DNA from: Verrucomicrobiota bacterium | Lineage (GTDB): Bacteria > Verrucomicrobiota > Verrucomicrobiia > Verrucomicrobiales > V1-33 | Assembly: GCA_040387795.1 (NCBI GenBank) | Contig: JAZKDC010000017.1 | Coordinates: 486,157 to 550,156, forward strand | Length of the DNA: 64,000 nucleotides | Direction: 5' to 3' | Shown: piece after piece, positions 62,450-64,000 of the stretch | Layout of the letters: each line of letters opens with the position of its first letter | Position numbering within the stretch: position 1 is the first letter of the stretch | Notes under the pieces: model-generated | Told to the model about the DNA's origin: nothing | The model's input: only the letters and a program-made list of their open reading frames with translations | Database searches by the model: none | Translations under genes and position numbers: made by a program

Positions 62450-63718
62450 ATGACCTCCCTGATCCGCGAAACCCGCACCCACGGGCTGAAGGAAGCCCTG
62501 CTCGGCGGCACCGGCCTGCGCGATGTGGGCCGTCTCGAAGGGTTTATCCTCCGCTTGCTCTTCGCTGTCGTGGTCTGGCGCAGCCTGGAATTTTACCCCG
62601 CCTACCCGACCGCGCCGAAACCCGTCGGCCTCGCCGCCTGGCCCGCCCTTTGGGAATGGCTCGGCTGGGAAATCACCCGCCTGTCCGATCCCGCCTTCTG
62701 GGCCCAGTGCTTGACCTGGGTCAAGGTCGCCCTCGTTTTTTACGTGCTGGGTTTCGGCCTCCTACTGGCCCTGCCGGTCATCACCGTTGTCCACATCGCC
62801 ATCCGCACCCTGAACAACTCCCAGGGCGCGGCGCACCACGGATTCCAAATGGTCAGCCTCGCCCTGCTCACCCAGACGCTGGTGGTCTGGGTCCTCGCCG
62901 CCGTGCGCGGCTGGTATTTTGTCAGGAAAAGCGGCCTCCCGCGCTGGGCCGCCCCGGGTAACTGGACCTGGCTGTGGGTTTATACCATCGCCATCGCTGC
63001 CGCCAGTTACATCATCTCGGTCTGTTCCAAACTGGATGAATCCAAAGGCCAGTGGTTGAAAAACTCGCCCTACGTGGCCACCCAGATTGTCAAAACCCAC
63101 CGGCAAAACTACTACAACAGCCTCGACCCTCAGTTCATCCAGGGCGTCCAGCCCGCCACCGCCCCGGTCGCCGATCCTGCCACCGACCGCTACCGCCATC
63201 CCATCCCTCCTTCCGCGGATTGGCTGGGCCGCCACCCGGACCTCGCCCGCCTCATCTTCGGGGCCGGCTTTTTCCTCGAACTGCTCGTCTTCCTCGCCGT
63301 CCTCGACCGCCGGGCCGCGCTGCTCTTCGGCCTCGGTTTGGTGAGTCTGCACGGCTCCATCGCCTGGCTGATGGAACTCTCCTTCCCCTTCAACGAACGC
63401 ACCGTGGGCGTCTTCTTTGTCAATGCCGCCGGCTGGCTCATCCTCATGGCCAAAGACCCCGCGTGGAGGCCCTCGCGGAAAGTCTGGCTGGGTTGCCTGC
63501 TGGGCGCCACCGCTCTGCTGGCCGCGCACCTCGCCACTGCGGCCTCAGAGTCCACCCTCGCCCATTTCCTGGACCTCGCCCACCACCCCGCCGCCATCAT
63601 TCCTGGCCTGTTCAACTGGCGGGTCGCCATAAAATGGGCCGTGGTCCTCGTCACCCAGACCCTGCTCATGGCCGCGGTGGTGGTTTCGCTAAAGTCCGTC
63701 CTCCGGAGATCCGCCTGA
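62450..63718 (+). CDS. Polytopic integral membrane protein, unknown function
   Basis: 422 aa and about 9-10 hydrophobic helices. AAGGAGG at 62431-37, 12 nt before the ATG at 62450. The upstream stop TAA (62446-48) lies 1 nt before the ATG. Confidence 0.6.
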   Translation: MTSLIRETRTHGLKEALLGGTGLRDVGRLEGFILRLLFAVVVWRSLEFYPAYPTAPKPVGLAAWPALWEWLGWEITRLSDPAFWAQCLTWVKVALVFYVLGFGLLLALPVITVVHIAIRTLNNSQGAAHHGFQMVSLALLTQTLVVWVLAAVRGWYFVRKSGLPRWAAPGNWTWLWVYTIAIAAASYIISVCSKLDESKGQWLKNSPYVATQIVKTHRQNYYNSLDPQFIQGVQPATAPVADPATDRYRHPIPPSADWLGRHPDLARLIFGAGFFLELLVFLAVLDRRAALLFGLGLVSLHGSIAWLMELSFPFNERTVGVFFVNAAGWLILMAKDPAWRPSRKVWLGCLLGATALLAAHLATAASESTLAHFLDLAHHPAAIIPGLFNWRVAIKWAVVLVTQTLLMAAVVVSLKSVLRRSA

Positions 63719-63720
63719 CA

Positions 63721-63766
63721 GAAAATAGGCCCTATAAGCCCTATAAGTCATATAGGACCTATTTTC
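63721..63766. terminator. AT-rich hairpin after gene 62450..63718 / upstream of ileS
   Basis: GAAAATAGGCCCTATA (63721-36) versus TATAGGACCTATTTTC (63751-66): 15 of 16 bp pair. The loop region contains the tandem CCCTATAAG CCCTATAAG. Confidence 0.45.
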
Positions 63767-63858
63767 CCCCCGCCCCCCGGCAGAAATCGCGCCCTCAATT
63801 CTCCCCTTTCCCCGTCCCTTCAAGCCGGTAGCCTGCGCGCTCCCTTTTCCCTGATTCC

Positions 63859-64000
63859 ATGAGCGCTCCCGCCCCCAACTACAAGGACACCGTCCACCTG
63901 CCGAAGACCGACTTTCCCATGAAGGCGGACCTGATCCTGCGCGAGCCCGTCCGTCTCGCCGCCTGGGAAAGCGCCGGTCTCTATCAAAAAATCCAGGCCC
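63859..64000 (+). CDS. ileS: Isoleucyl-tRNA synthetase, 5' fragment (runs off the window)
   Basis: [47 protein letters not shown] matches the conserved IleS N-terminus ([14 protein letters not shown]...REP...W). Confidence 0.85.
   Translation, partial: MSAPAPNYKDTVHLPKTDFPMKADLILREPVRLAAWESAGLYQKIQA

Overview
This is a 64-kb, high-GC chromosomal segment with strong third-position GC bias and dense coding on both strands. It is probably from a Verrucomicrobiota/PVC-type bacterium. That is an inference from three PEP-CTERM cargo proteins, a DUF1552-like protein, a kinase-LRR-FGE fusion and mostly Shine-Dalgarno-poor leaders. I call about 52 protein-coding genes. Most are housekeeping: dipeptide epimerase, folB, rph, lpxK, dnaN, cimA, ispH, nnr, leuA, xerC/D-type recombinase, cdd, bamA and the 5' end of ileS. 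The rest are transport, redox and glycan genes (MFS, SDR, Ldh_2, GH30-like, Gfo/Idh/MocA, acyl-AMP ligase). I recognised no rRNA, tRNA, CRISPR array, transposase or phage gene. I found no multi-gene cluster with clear enzymatic logic for a new system. The candidates worth a second look are:
- A 1,986-aa TPR protein with an embedded C39-like cysteine-peptidase domain (4858-10818).
- A cluster at 39.3-47.6 kb built around a predicted pseudokinase-LRR-FGE fusion.
- A long 5' leader of leuA with two tandem terminator-like hairpins.
- Three unusual inverted-repeat elements in intergenic DNA (22317-22419, 34061-34160, 50088-50207).
- A low-GC islet after dnaN carrying a small membrane protein and a Doc/AbrB toxin-antitoxin pair.
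- A secreted triple EF-hand protein next to a helical-repeat protein with an RGG/FG tail.
- A translationally coupled pair of unknown membrane proteins (61957-63718).
Many long ORFs in the six-frame track are antisense shadows of real genes, typical of high-GC DNA, and were rejected. Several real genes start at an internal or alternative start codon, well inside the listed ORF.
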